This document shows, piece by piece, positions 36,668 through 50,629 of a stretch of 64,000 nucleotides of DNA (position 1 is its first letter; each line of letters starts with the position of its first letter). A program made the translations under genes and the position numbers. The notes below the pieces were generated by a model that saw only the letters and a list, made by a program, of their open reading frames with translations, ran no database searches and had not been told where the DNA came from. Location of the stretch: positions 109,058,001 to 109,122,000 of the forward strand of contig NC_043002.1 of the NCBI RefSeq assembly GCF_006345805.1. The letters are read 5' to 3'. Origin of the DNA: Octopus sinensis. Taxonomy: Eukaryota.

Positions 36668-39600
36668 TTTGAGGCACTTCCTTCTCTTCTTATTTCATTT
36701 CACTCCTTCTTGTTATTGTCATTTGATAAATCTGTAAGAAAAATCAATTGTATTAGTTTTGAGCAACATCCTGACAGGCAGAAGCAAAATGATTATAGCA
36801 CCCACCCTCTCTGATCCTCCGTCTCTATTCTCTCCCCTGTCTTCCCGACAGGGGGCAGACATGTATCTTCTCTTGAACAAGACACCTGTTTCTGTCTTTC
36901 TCATCTTTCAACCTCTTGACACCTGGCGTAAAGCTACCTCCCTCAATTCCACACTCCCGCATGTCTTGCAAGTTATTTGGTGATCTCACTTGTACTGATG
37001 CCACAAGAAAAGGCACACAGTGCACTCTGTAAAGCAGTTGGCATAGAAAAGGGCATCCAGCCATAGGAACTATGCCAATGCTGACATTGGAGTTTGGATA
37101 CAGTGCTCTGGTTTGTCAGATCCTGTCGAACCATCCAACCCCCCATGCCTACATGGACGTTAAATGATGATAAACAAAAAAAAAAAAAAAAGATTTTGAA
37201 AAAGTTTTTTTCATCAAGTGTAACTTGTACTGCTTCAGTCTAGATGTGAACTAATATGAAACCTGTTGAGAAAAGAATTCAAAATCTAATATTTCAAATC
37301 TGACAACCAGAATGGCCTGAAGGAAGTACTTAGTCAGGGCTAATCAGAGGTGCTTTCTTCCATTTGAGTGCTCAACTTACCACCTTCGAAAAAAATGAAA
37401 GACATTAAGTGAAATAAGAGGATTTCAACTTTTAATCAGTGATTTTTAGGAATTGATATGTGGAAAATAAAAAGTTTATTGGATTACTTGAAAAGCGACA
37501 AAAAATAATTGGAAATGAAAGAAATGGGCAAAATACTTTTAGATGGTTTTTTTTATGCTTAATTATATGGTTTAGAAAAAGGTGTTGCTAAACCATTGCC
37601 TATAACGATCTTCAATTCTATTTATCAACACGAAATCTGAAGACAAGATTTTTTTAAAATGAGTTTCATTTACCAAGCCTTCAAAAATAAAAGCTTTTAA
37701 TGAACAGGTAGTATATAATTATTAAAAGTACCCAGTTCACTCTGTAAAGTGGTTGGTTTTAGGAAAGGCATCCAGCCCTAGAAACTACGCCAAAGAAGAC
37801 GACGGGCCTTAACGTCCACTTTTCCATGCTTAAGCAAATTTTCTATGGCCAGATGTGTTTGATCAGACACGCTTGGAAGAATGGAAATGAACGGCACCGT
37901 TTGTATGAGGGGACACTTGTTTACATCTATCACAATGTCAGAACGGAGGCGTGCGCGCACACAACACATACATATATATGTTCCACTCACAGGGCTTTGG
38001 TTGGTCCAAGGCAATGTCTCCTGCCACACAGTAAGACTGAACTTCTTAATCAGGATTCCACGTCTGTGACTGCCATCTCTCAGAGCATATATGTAAATGT
38101 AAATCAAGACAAACGTGTCAATAACGAAAAGATTCCCGGCAATCGAAGAAGTAGCCACTGTATGTAATGTGTAGTAAATCCATACAGCCTGTCCAATGTG
38201 AACTCTGGGCAAGATATGAAGTGGAGATCACAAGCAGACTGGCAGAGGACTTTTAAGAGCACCTATGAAATTGTTTGGGTTGGCAGGTACCGCAAAAGCA
38301 GAGTAGCCAAAGTGAGAATGTAATGAGAAAAATTACCTCTGTTGGGGGTGGGGTAAAGAGCAAATTGTGTGGTACTTGGTGCGATGTTTGCATGGTAATA
38401 GAACCTAGGCAATGAACAGGGGGTTGTGCAAAAGGTGAAAAGAAAAGCTTAACTCATGCCCTAGAGGAAGGGGGTAGGGGGAAACAGTAAAAGAGGAATC
38501 AGATGTTGTGTACAATAGAGAAGATTTGAGCTGGTAAGGACGTGTGCTGCTTTCCGATGGTGAGTCGGATAAAGAAATGACAAGAAATTTAAGCAGAAGA
38601 AACCTGTGGAAGGGTTTAGGCATAGAAAGAAATGGTGAAAGTTGATCTTAGGAAGCTGGATCCTACAAAGATAGCAAAAGACTGGAATAAAGTGGCGAGA
38701 TGTTAAGTTTGGAAAATCCAACGCAAAATGAGGATTTGTTCCCTAGTTTGTTATTGGAGTCCGAAGATTTATTTGTTGACCCGCTAAGTTATGGATGTGG
38801 CAACATAGAGAGCACCGACTTTTTTTTTTCCACCGGTGCTTCCACGCCGCAGTCTTCTGCATAGTTTCTTCTACTAAACTTTAACAAGGTATTTACGTGA
38901 AACCGAAATGAGAGCAGAAGTCATTTGGCCCATATTCCGCACAGTCGGGATCGAACGTGGAATTTTGTGATTATGCAGCTAGCTTTAAATGTATATATTT
39001 TTTAAATCTGAGAACGCGTACACATTAAATATAGGTAAACTTGGTATGCCTCAGAAAACAGAGTGGACACTCTCGTGTAGGTATGTGTAATTATTATTAT
39101 AACGAAGATAAATGTGTGTCCTTCGGCTATTTTTGTTAATGCTGGGAAATACCAGCGGAACTTTCCCACGTACAAAACACATCCTGATGTTTGCTTATTT
39201 TTGTGGTTGCTTGGGCAAGATCGGCAGAACAGTTTGTATTCCACTCAGAAAATGGTTCCACGTTGTAAAAAAAAACCCACTTTTCATTGGAACCAGTGTC
39301 GGCACAACCCTCTTCCCTTAAAACTGCCACATGGAGCCTGTGTTATTAATACATGTTCCATGTGAAGACAACACGTCTGCTAGAAATGGCAGGCAAGTCT
39401 TTTAAATTAACTTTCTCCCACAATCATCTTTAAAAATGCACATTTGACAGGCGATCCTTACAGAAATAATAATGCTTCAAACATGTATGATTCGAGGAAG
39501 GTCTGGCTACTCTTTCTAGCAGGCCGAGTAACTATGAAAAGATTTTCTCGGTGGATCGTTTTTCGATTGTTTTAAAGCTGAGCATCTTTAGTGATTCCCA

Positions 39601-40611
39601 TATTACTTCCGCTCATCCTTTTTTTCTTTTTACTTGGAATTGAAAAAAATATGCCAAAGCCACACGTTCGTTCCCTCCTCCTCTCTTCAGAACTTTTGAA
39701 ATAATGAGAGCGAAAGAGACTAAGAGAAAGCGATTGTATGACGAGGGAAGTTCTTTTGAAGTTACCGTGCATGGGAAGCATTGATGTATGTGTGTGTGTG
39801 TGTGTTTGATGGGGTGTGGGAGACAGACAGTATGTTGTGTAAGTGAAGTGCTTCTGTTAGTGTGTGTAAAGAGACAGAGTAATGTGTGAAAGAGAGAGAT
39901 AACTGAAATTTTTTACTCGGTGTATGTGTATATGTATGTATGTATATTACTTCAAAAGTTCCCGCAAGCCCATATGTAAAAAAAAATACGGAAATCGACG
40001 GAAAGGTCTACTAGAGACGAAAGATTGCCCCCTCCTCTCTTCAGAAAGTTTTCTCTCATGAAAGATGTTAAGCCGTTAATTTTCGATAAGACCACAAAAT
40101 GTGTTTTAGTTAATCTTTCCAGCATGCGTTCCTGAACGGCTTCGATTTATGGTTCTTCTTCAACCAATATTTCTATTTTTTTTTTTGTAACCTCCGGATT
40201 GTTACCGACTCACAATAAATGTATCAATTTAAAAGTTGCCAGCAGCGATTGATAAATGCTTCAAGAAGACAAAAAACGAGGGATTAAAGTTGGCCGAGGA
40301 GAGAGAGATAGACACAAAAGAAGACTTGGCGGAAGAGACATGACATGAAATAGCGTCTCCTGCTGTTACTAAGGACCATTTAACGATACGATATATAACA
40401 TTTAGTTAAAAAAAACAAATGATGAACAGGAGTCGAGATGCTGCTCTCGACTCGCTCGGGGCTTTAAGTCCTTCTTTTCACATACACATACACACCTATA
40501 TTCACATGTAGGGCCTCGTTCTTAATCGAGATTAGTTCACTAACTTAACAAAGGTATGGAGAGAGAGAGAGAGGGACCGATATAATTTCGCCACATACCT
40601 GTTTCCTCATC

Positions 40612-40650
<39 letters not shown>

Positions 40651-41412
40651 CTTAAAACTCCGGTGAACACGGTTGCTGGCAGTGTGATAAATAATCCATT
40701 GTTTAGAGAGTTGTCGTTCCTTGCAAGTTAGTAAAATCTCTTTTCCGCCAGGTAGCGTTGGCTGTCGTCATGGGCCTCCATTTCATTCGTCCCTCTTCAA
40801 ATTTTCTTCCGCCTGTTTTCTTATGCTAAATTTTTATCTTCTACACCAACCCGGCTCTGGCTCTGAGTACAAATGTCTTGTCTTCATAAGTTTTGAATTA
40901 AAATCTTCCACCAAACCTTAGTCTCAATTTATGTTCCTAACACTAACTTAATGATAAAGTTATTTTACTAAATTCTTTATTATGCTTAAAGTAATTGAAA
41001 GAAATACAGAGAATCTCAACAGAAATACAGTAACGAAAGGGGCGTAATTCGGGAGATATTTTTGGCTGTTCGCGCGACTACGTGTTGTCGATTCGAAAAT
41101 CTTGGTCTTAGGTGACAGCTGTTTTGCAAGTAAACCATTGATTGGTTATAAATACATGTCCAGATAAGCAAGTCACCAACTATAAAGTAGTAAAGTTAGT
41201 GTTAGTATATTTAATGCAGGACGGAGCTAATTAGAAATTTTCTAGTGTGGTCATTAAATATTTTCTCTTTTGACGATCAAGGGAAGCAATTCTATGTTTC
41301 GATGTTATTAGACCTCATCAGCTAAATAGAAAATGCATCCTTTTTTTAATTTTCTAATGAGTAGAAGTTATTTTTTCTCTCTCATAAAAATTATGCCTTT
41401 GCTTTATATTTA

Positions 41413-41806
41413 ACTAGCAGTATCGCCCGGCGTTGCTCGGGTTTGTAAGGGAAATAACTATATAAGCATTTTTAGATATGTAAAGTATAATAGCCATCTC
41501 AATATGGCTAACCACAAAGAGGGGGTGTTACTGTAGCTTTTTACGTTCTGAGATTTAATGATAAATTTTTAGAGAGTTACTTCCCTTATATATGCCAAAA
41601 ATGCATTAAAAATGGGAAAATTGATGGTAAATTTTTTTTTAAATCGTAGACTCATCGTAGACGTGCGCTAATACCCAGAAGGGCTCGATATGAATCACGA
41701 CTATAAGATACCCGGTTTTGGTTAATCTGCACTGCAAAATGTGGGAGTAGTTAGGAATCTAAATCGTAGGAGACAGACACGCAACCTCACTTTTATATAT
41801 AAAGAT
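41413..41806 (+). mobile_element. Non-autonomous Helitron/Helentron (DINE-like) element
   Basis: Starts actagcagtatcgcccggcgttgctcggg (subterminal hairpin); ends gacagacac...ttttatatataaagat. Confidence 0.6.
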
Positions 41807-42983
41807 GAAATAAAATTCCATGTAATATATTGCTTTTTGTCTGCACAAGAATGAGTATTATTTATTTTTTTACCACCTGCTTTGCTAAAAAGCTTCAAAA
41901 GTCTAATTAACTTAATGAGCCTGAGTAGTCCTTCAGCTGGCCAGTTCCTGTTAAACCATCCAACGCATGCCAGCATTAAAAGTGGACGTTAAATGATTAT
42001 GATGATAATATTTAGATCCATGCTAGACTTCATTTTTGGTGGACACTTTCCCACTTTTCATTTTCAACCACAACAGCACAATATTAAAATCTGCAAAATA
42101 AAATAGGTTCCCAACTTTTTGCCCAAGAGATTTTCCTAGGATCTTTTATCTTTTACTTGTTTCAGTCATTAGACTGTGGCTATACTGGGGCACCACCTTG
42201 TTCTTTTTTAACCTAGGTATTTATTCCATCAGTTTCTTTCACTGAACCACTAGGTTAAAGGAATGTAAAGCGAGAGAACACACACATATGACGTGCTTCT
42301 TTCAGTTTCCATCTACCTAATCCACTCAAAAGGCTTTGGCTAGCTCGAGGCTATAGTAGAAGGCACTGTAGTTCATTGTATATTCGAGCAAGGTCATTGC
42401 TAGTTGCCTGCTGGCCCTCTTGCCGGTGGCATGTAAAAGCACCCATTACACTCCCAGAGTGGTTGGCGTCAGGAAGGGCATCCAGCTGTAGAAACTCTGC
42501 CAGGTCAGATTGGAGCCTGGTACAGCCTTCTGGCTCACCAGTCCGCAATCAAACCTATTTCTTTATTACCCACAAGGGGCTAAACATAGAGGGGACAAAC
42601 AAGGACAGACATAGGTATTAAGTCGATTACATCGACCCCAGTGCGGACAGGTACTTAATTTATCGACCCCGAAAGGATGAAAGGCAAAGTCAACCTCGGC
42701 AGAATTTGAACTCACAACGTAACGACAGACGAAATACCGCTAAGCATTTCATCCGGCATGCTAACGTTTCTGCCAGCTCGCCGCCTTGTCCTCACACAAA
42801 CCGTCCAACCTATGCTAGCATGGAAGGCGGACGTTAAATGATGATGATTTACTTTACAATGACTATGGTGATATACGTTTACAATGCATGCAGGGCAGAT
42901 ATCACAGTTGATGTGGATTTTTTTGCTAGAAAAAAATGCTTGACTGGCCTTAATCCCCCACTTTTTTTTTTCTTTCCTTTTAG

Positions 42984-43133
42984 CTGGAAAAATTTCAAGT
43001 GGTTCACAAACCAATTAAACGCAAAGCACTGTGGACACCAAAGGCTTCCAAAAGATCATCTGTACCCTCTACCACAGATGAAGGTTCAGTCAGTGTTGGT
43101 GCTGTGAGGCGTTCTTGTAGATTGAGAGGAGAG
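42984..43133 (+). CDS. SRA-only gene exon 2 (LEKFQVV...VRRSCRLRGE)
   Basis: Acceptor tttccttttag|, 150 nt open, donor GAG|gtaaga, phase 0-0. Confidence 0.85.
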
Positions 43134-44214
43134 GTAAGAAAATAGTTTTGGTTTATTCTTCTGGAAAAATGTTGGTCTTGTGTTATCTAAGTCAGTAAAA
43201 CCTATCAGCCTTCCAAGAATTTGTTTACAGTTCATCCTTCAATCACAATGTCTTTGTTTTAAGATAAAAAAGTTGTTTTAACTTTACAGCAAACCTAATT
43301 ACTAACAAAAAATAATAAAAAGCCTTCAAAGATTTGCACAGAGGCAATGACAAATGACCAAGACCTTTGGCCAAGTAAAATTGTAGTTGTGGCAGATACT
43401 GGTATTACATGAATGGCACCTATGCTGGTGGCATATAAAAGCACCCATTACACTCTTGGAGTGGTTGGAGTTAGAAAGAGCATCCAGTCAATGAAACCAT
43501 GCCGAATTGGACAGGAGTCTGGTGCAGCCCCTCAACTTCCCAGCCCTGGTCAGACTGTCCAACCCATGCCAGCATGGACAACGAACACTTAATGATGATG
43601 ATGCCAATCTGGTTTTTGTGATCACTTATGGTTCTAGGATATCAACTTCATGTCTTAAGTGATTTTAATTAAAACCTCTTATAAAAACTTCGTTTATTTA
43701 TATTCCAAATACCAGTCTAATAATGGCAGTTATTTTAATAAGTTCTTTATTTTTGAAATTAATTGAAACAAAAGCAGTGAATTTCAGCAGAAATATGGTA
43801 ACTAAAGGGTTGATATGATCTAAATTTAAACATACGTCCAAATTCCACGTTGATTCATTTTCCTGCTTCCAATTTAAAAAAAAGTTATTTTACTATATTC
43901 TTTAAAAGTTTCAAAATTAATTGAAAGAAAGGCAGTGAATTCCAACAGAAATATGGTTAAAAAAGTGGTGGGGGGGTTAAAGTGATTATTGTTCATTTAA
44001 ACTGAAGTGCATTAATCTTGCTATCTGCCAGTCTGGGAGGATCTGCAAAGGTCACATACAGAAGTCTGTCCTGACTAAATCATTTAAGGAAACGAAAAGT
44101 CAGAAACACAACTCTAAATACCAAGTCTTCAGCAACTTAACCGTACTAATAATAAATTATTTTTACAGATTTCCCCCTTGACCCTAATTTTAACAATTTT
44201 CTTGTTTTTTCTAG

Positions 44215-44317
44215 AAACCATCTGAAAACAATTTTATTGAACTTCTTGATGAGGATAAACCTTCTCCAGTTAAGAGAATTCCTCAGTTTCGAGAAAATAC
44301 ATTCGGTTCAATTGAAG
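44215..44317 (+). CDS. SRA-only gene exon 3 (KPSENNF...ENTFGSIE-G)
   Basis: Acceptor ttttttctag|, 103 nt, donor AAG|gtgagg, phase 0-1; FGSIEG corresponds to the start of SRA domains. Confidence 0.85.
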
Positions 44318-45332
44318 GTGAGGCTTCTTATCCTTGCTAATAACAATACTCAGTGTAGCTTCTGTCACTATCATAGCTTTCCTTAGATGTCTCTGTAGGA
44401 TTAAGAAGTTCAATTTCATAATCAGTGATTCTGGGTTCAATCCCACAGCAAATGACGGTTTGGACAGGTGTCTCTTTATTCTCTTTGTGTGGTTTATAGG
44501 TGCAAGCATTGCTGTGATTTTGAGGGGCTTGCTTCCCAACCATCATACAAGCAGTGTCCTTCATTGCCAATCTTCCCTGAAAACATATCTGAGCATGAAG
44601 ATATATATATACATACATACGTACATATATACACACCTTCCTTGGACAGTTCATAACAGGAAGGGCGTCTAGTCATAGAAAATCTGCCTCAATGAATTTC
44701 ATTTGATGGTTGCAAGCATGGAAAAGATGGCAATAAAACAATGATTTTTAAAAATTCTATGTCTAAGTTAGGTGGGTGTTGAAGTATTCCATTCATTTTA
44801 CACATAGACATGAACAAATTATATTTTATTCTATCCCCATTACTTTCTGTGTATTCTTATTCAGAGTTATTGTCCTCCTAGATCAGTGGTTTCCAACCTG
44901 GGGTCCATGGACCTTTGGTCATCCACAAAGGTAGTACTAGGAGTCCATGAACTAAATTCAGGGTCTCGGATATATATATATATATATATATCTGGACCCC
45001 CTTCGGTCATGACACAGACCATGGGATTGCACCTAGAAAGTTACCCTCCCAGACACAAGTCCGGACAAGGTTGTTTATGGAAGACCAGCAGTCGCCCATG
45101 CATACTGGCCTCCCCTCTCCACGCCACCAGTGTTATCCAAGGGAAAGGCAAAGGCCGATACAGCTTGGCACCTGTGATGTCACAACTCATTTCTACAGCT
45201 GATTGAATTGGAGCAACGTGAAATAAAGTGTCTTGCTCAAGAACACAACATGCAGCCCAGTCCGGGATTCAAGCTCACAACCTCACGATCCTAAGCTCGA
45301 CGCTCTAACCATTGAGACATGCGGCTTCACAG

Positions 45333-45374
<42 letters not shown>

Positions 45375-46771
45375 CACATATATATACTCACACTCACATA
45401 CACATATATATACATATATATATACTCGCACTCACATACACACATACACATAAGGATAATCATATTAAAAGAGGTCCATGGAGAAACTTGTTTAAGTAAA
45501 AATGTTGAGAACCACTGTCCTAGAAAGTTGTCCGTGCTGCAGTTTGTAGAGTTCCTGTTCAGTTTCCATCTGCCAATTCCACTTACAAAGCTGTAGTCAG
45601 CCCAGCGCTTATAGAAGACACCAATCCAGAGTGGCATACAGTGGGACTGAACCTGAAATCATGTAATTAGGGAGCAAACCTCCCACAGCCATACCTACAA
45701 ATTTATCTAATCACTAATGGATTCACATAGGGGAAACCGTTTCATCAATATTTGTTGTAAGCCTCTCAAGATATTAATCTTTAGACATATTCCCACAAGC
45801 AAGAATCTCTCTCTCTCTCTAAATACAAATGTGTTCATGTCCATTGTGATGTCTTTGCTAAAACTTCCGTTGCTACCAGCTTTTTGTCCAGACTGAAACG
45901 TATTCACACAGAAATATATAATAAAACCGAGTTTGGCAAGCAGGTTCCAGACTCCATGGAGCATCAGACAAACTTGCTTGAAATTTGGTTTCAAATTTTG
46001 GCACAAGGCCAGCAATTTGGGAAGAGGAGGTATACTCTTGTTTCAGTCAGTTGACTGCGGCCATGCTGGAGCACCACCTTTAGTCAAGCAAATCAACCCC
46101 AGGACTTATTCTTTGTAAGCCTAGTACTTATTCTATCAGTCTCTTTTGTTGAACTGCTAAGTTACGGGAACATAAACACACCAGCATTGGTTGTCAAGCG
46201 ATGTTGGGTGTGCATACACAGACACACATAGATATATACGACGGGCTTCTTTCAGTTTTCATCTATCAAATCCACTCACATGGCTTTGGTCAGCCTGAGG
46301 CTATAGTAGAGGACTCTTGACCAAGTTGCCATGCAGAGGGACTGAACCTGGAACCATGTGGTTGGTAAGCAAGCTACTTCTGCGCCTATGTCAGTTATAT
46401 TGACCCTGGCAGCATTTGAACTCAAAACATAATCAGAAGAAATGCCACTAAGCATTTTCTCTGTGGCGATAATGATTCTGCCAGCTCACCACCTGAACTT
46501 GCTTCTAATTTAGCTGTTCTGTTACATTGTGATTACCTCCCTTTATGCCTCGGTCAATTTTACTTTTCCTTGTTAGAAAGTTACCAAGAAGTAAAATTCT
46601 TGAGTCAGTGTAAGTGACCAACACCTTTGATGGTTGTTCCTCAGCATGGTTGCAATCCAGTAATTGAAACTAGTCAAAGAGTGACATAAATGTTTATTCC
46701 TTAATAAATAATAGCTTTTATTTATTACCTACCTTGTCAGTAAAATTTATCACGTTTCTTGTATCTGACAG

Positions 46772-46832
46772 GTGTAGAAGTCGGCACCTGGTGGCAGTCC
46801 CGAGTGGAGTGTAGCTATGCTGGAATCCACAG
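46772..46832 (+). CDS. SRA-only gene exon 4 (G-VEVGTWWQSRVECSYAGIH-R)
   Basis: Acceptor tctgacag|, 61 nt, donor CAG|gtaagt, phase 1-2; SRA/YDG motif. Confidence 0.92.
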
Positions 46833-47059
46833 GTAAGTTACTTGATTGTTATACTTGGAAGAGTGAGAACTTCAGTTACCAATTCACACATATTTCGGAC
46901 AAATATGCTTGTTTTGTGAACTTACAGAGAATAAGAATTTGACAGCTAAATTGATTGTTTTTGTTCTATGTGGTCACTCAACATGCTAAAGATAGCAACC
47001 AGATATCCTCTTTTCTTAAAAACAGCTGGACACATTCAATAATGTAGTTCTAGATACTC

Positions 47060-47457
47060 TTTTACTCTTGTTTCAGTCATTTGACTGCGGCCATGCTGGA
47101 GCACCGCCTTTAATCGAGCAACTCGACCCCGGGACTTATTCTCTTGTAAGCCCAGTATATGTGCTATCGGTCTCTTTTGCCGAACCGCTAAGTAACGGGG
47201 ACATAAACACACCAGCATCGGTTGTCAAACAATGCTAAGGGGACAAACACAGACACACATGCATATATATATATATATATATACATATATACGACGGGCT
47301 TCTTTTCAGTTTCCGTCTACCAAATCCACTCACAAGGCTTTGGTCGGCCTGAGGCCATAGTAGAAGACACCTGCCCAAGGTGCCACGCAGTGGGACTGAA
47401 CCCGGAACCATGTGATTGGTAAACAAGCTACTTACCACACAGCCACTCCTGCACCTA
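47060..47457 (-). mobile_element. SINE family C full-length copy
   Basis: Reverse complement of the 8628-9050 type sequence. Confidence 0.8.
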
Positions 47458-47775
47458 GATTGATTGCAATAAAGATGAAATAGTCAGTTTTTTTAATTGG
47501 CCTTAGTTCTAATTGATTGTGTCTGAATAGAGTCTAAATGATATCTTTATATAGAAATAGAATTACAATTTTGTCAATATTGATCAAGAAAAGAAAATTT
47601 TACAAGTTACTCTTGATTATTGGGATCCCTTTTGCTGTAATAATCTGTTCTTGACCTACTAAAGTTACCATCTATCTGTTTAAGGGAACAATGGACGATG
47701 GAATTCTTTGGGGTTACTTGGGTTTAGTGTTAATCCCTTGGAATTTCCTGCTGCTAAATGCATTACTTAGTTTAA

Positions 47776-47994
47776 CCCTTTAATGTTCAGATTATTCAAT
47801 CAAACATAATGCCTATTGATTCACATTGATTTGAATTGATCATGCATTATCCCATATCTTCAAGATCTTGATGGTGCAATTACTTAATGTAGAATAACAT
47901 TGTAGGGTAGGTGTGAGAGCCTGGATCTGGTCAGTTTGAACATAAAACAGATTAAATATTTTGGCCGGATATGGCCGGTTTAAATACTAAAGGG
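47776..47994. mobile_element. piggyBac-like MITE
   Basis: TTAA|CCCTTTA...TAAAGGG|TTAA; related copies at about 8409-8625, 9050-9205 and 59055-59270. Confidence 0.65.
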
Positions 47995-48186
47995 TTAAAG
48001 AATTAATAAAATCCCAGAAATCTGAATGCATTCATGTATCATAAATGAGGAATACTTTATTTGGATAAGAGGGGGTCTTGTGCGTTATGCTGTCCATTCA
48101 TACACTATTTTAAATGTTTGAAAATAGTTTAGATTTGTTGCTATTGGTGGTTTTTCTTCTTTCTTAATCACACACATCTTCTTCAG

Positions 48187-48302
48187 ACCTACAGTTGCTG
48201 GTATTCATGGAAGTGAAACAGAAGGAGCATATTCTATTGCTCTGTCAGGTGGCTATGAAGATGATTTAGATTTTGGAGAATGCTTCACATACACAGGAGC
48301 AG
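48187..48302 (+). CDS. SRA-only gene exon 5 (PTVAGIHG...[19 protein letters not shown])
   Basis: Acceptor cttcttcag|, 116 nt, donor CAG|gtaggt, phase 2-1; contains the GGYEDD and FTYTG 5mC-pocket motifs. Confidence 0.95.
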
Positions 48303-48491
48303 GTAGGTTTTTCATTCATCTCTTCTAATTCACTTAATGTAGTAGTGATGGTAGAACCAGCATGACCACCACCATCAAAATGTCTGTTCTTCCTACAGAC
48401 TGGTATTGTTCCTAATCAAAGCAAATTTATCCCTCTATCATTGTATTGGGTTCAAATCCAGATGTCAATTCCATTTCATATATTTTATTAT

Positions 48492-48777
48492 GTGGAGGCG
48501 CAATGGCCTAGTGGTTAGGGCAGCGGACTCGCGGTCGTAGGATCACGGTTTCAATTCCCAGACCGGGCGTTGTGAGTGTTTATTGAGCGAAAACACCTAA
48601 AAGCTCCACGAGGCTCCGGCAGGGGGTGGTGATCCCTGCTGTACTCTTTCACCACTCTTTCTTCTGTTGGCCTGCTCGCTTAGCCAGCGGGGTGGCATCA
48701 TTCAAAGGCTAAAACAATGCGAACGCATTGTGACCAGCAATGTGTAACTACATCTGATGGACTGGATGGTGACGTGA
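48492..48777 (+). mobile_element. tRNA-derived SINE (head type D), young copy
   Basis: Near-identical to 5872-6157 over the whole length. Confidence 0.85.
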
Positions 48778-49907
48778 TGATATTTTATTATAGATTTGAA
48801 CTACTCATAACATTCCTGCAACCTACTCTACTACATATCATCCCTCATCCTCCTGTTTACCATATCATTCTTACTATTCTGCTGCTCTACTCCTGCTACC
48901 TCCCTCAATTTGTACACCATTGGTCATCTCCCACCCCTTATCCACCCTTCAGCCCCACTCAAATCTTTACATTGGTCACCTACATCACTTCACCCTTTCA
49001 TCCATCCTACTCTGTCTCCCCACTCACTTCCACTCCTCTCATACCCTGAAGGTCCGTCCATAAACTGCATCACCACACTTTTATCTTTCTTTCCAGCTTC
49101 ACACTGATCACTCACACCATCTTTTCTAAAATGTTTAGCCATGTGACTCCTCTACAGCAAGAAACCTGTTCTGCTTTGGCCCCTTCTCTCACATTTTAAC
49201 CCTCATCTAGCCGAACGTTACTTCTACTGGAGGTTCACTGTCTTGCAGGCTGCATAGTGACCTCACTAGTGCAGCTAGCATGAAAAAAAACAAAGCACTC
49301 AGCATAATCTGTAAAGTAGTTGGTGTTTGGAAAGGCATCCAGCTGCAGAAACTGTGCTTAGACATATTGGATCTTATCAAACTGTCCAACATAAGCCAGC
49401 ATAGAGCATGGACATTAAATAAGAACTTTGAGGTGAATGGGTTGTATTCCACCTAATGTGACTCTACTCAGAGTAATATCATTTGACAAGAAACCCGGTG
49501 TAAAGAATACATAAAACTAGGCTGTGACTTAATATACCTTTAATGTGGCTGCACATATATCCACCAGCTGAATGATAAATGAAAATGGTTTGATGCATGG
49601 ATGCCATAGTCTTCTGTGTGTGAATTCATATCTGCTACTGTAACAGGTTACATCTTCATAGTCTCATGTCTCAATGCAGAGATAGTCCTAAGGGTTCGTG
49701 CCAGAATCTCACACTCTAGTGCCAGTTTGTTTAAACCCACTATGGGAGTGGGGTAACTGCGCCTACAAACCAATAGTCCTTAGACCACTAGTGTAGCAAT
49801 CTAAACAGTCAACAACTGGAATATATTGTGACGTTACTTATTAGCTTTACTAAACCATTCTACATTTGTGTTGTTATCGTTGAATCCTTTCTTCTTCATA
49901 TTACCAG

Positions 49908-49945
49908 GAGGTCGAGATCTCAGAGGTACCAAAACAAATCCAAAG
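49908..49945 (+). CDS. SRA-only gene exon 6, 38-nt exon (G-GRDLRGTKTNPK)
   Basis: Acceptor catattaccag|, donor AAG|gtaagt, phase 1-0. Confidence 0.9.
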
Positions 49946-49969
49946 GTAAGTTGTATTTCTTCATTGCCA

Positions 49970-50378
49970 GGGCCGCTGACTGGCTCCCATGCCAATGGCA
50001 CTTAAAAAGCACCATTCGAGCATGATCGTTGCCAGTGTCGCCGTACTGGCACAGGTGTTGGTGGCACGTGAAAGACAACATTTGAGCGTGGTCGTTGTCA
50101 GTGCTGCCAGACTGGCTCCTGTGCAGGTGGCACACAAAAAACACCTTTTGAACGTGGCCGTTGCCAGTACCACCTGACCGGCCCTCATGCCAGTGGCATG
50201 TAAAAGCACCCACTACACTCTCGGAGTGGTTGGCGTTAGGAAGGGCATCCAGCTGTAGAAACTCTGCCAGATCAGATTGGAGCCTGGTACAGTTGCCTGG
50301 CTTGCCAGTCCTCAATCAAATTGTCTAACCCATGCCAGCATGGAAAGTGGACGTTAAACAACAATGATGATGATGATT
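49970..50378 (+). mobile_element. RTE tail copy with minisatellite units
   Basis: Same family core ending in gatgatgat. Confidence 0.7.
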
Positions 50379-50629
50379 CTGCAGGTGTATGAAGAAACAA
50401 TAATGAAAATTTCTTACAGCAACACAACCCCAAAAATGTATGAATAAAGAGAATGAAAGTTTTAGCCTTATCGCTAACTAAATTCTGTAGTTATTTTATT
50501 TTTATTGTTGGTTATTGTACTACAGCTGAAGTGTGGCTGTGTGGTTAAGAAACTTGCTTCCCAACCAGGCAGCCTTAGGTTCAGTCCCACTCTGTGGTTC
50601 CCTTGGCAAAAGTCTTCCCACAATATCCC

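Noticed and set aside
39691-39785. Plus-strand acceptor as a candidate extra SRA exon
   Set aside because: Phase 0 gives an immediate stop; exons 1 and 2 already join in frame without it.
41290-41325. CTGATGA...GAAA on the minus strand
   Set aside because: Stem II is weak, and no convincing stem I, stem III or NUH site is present.
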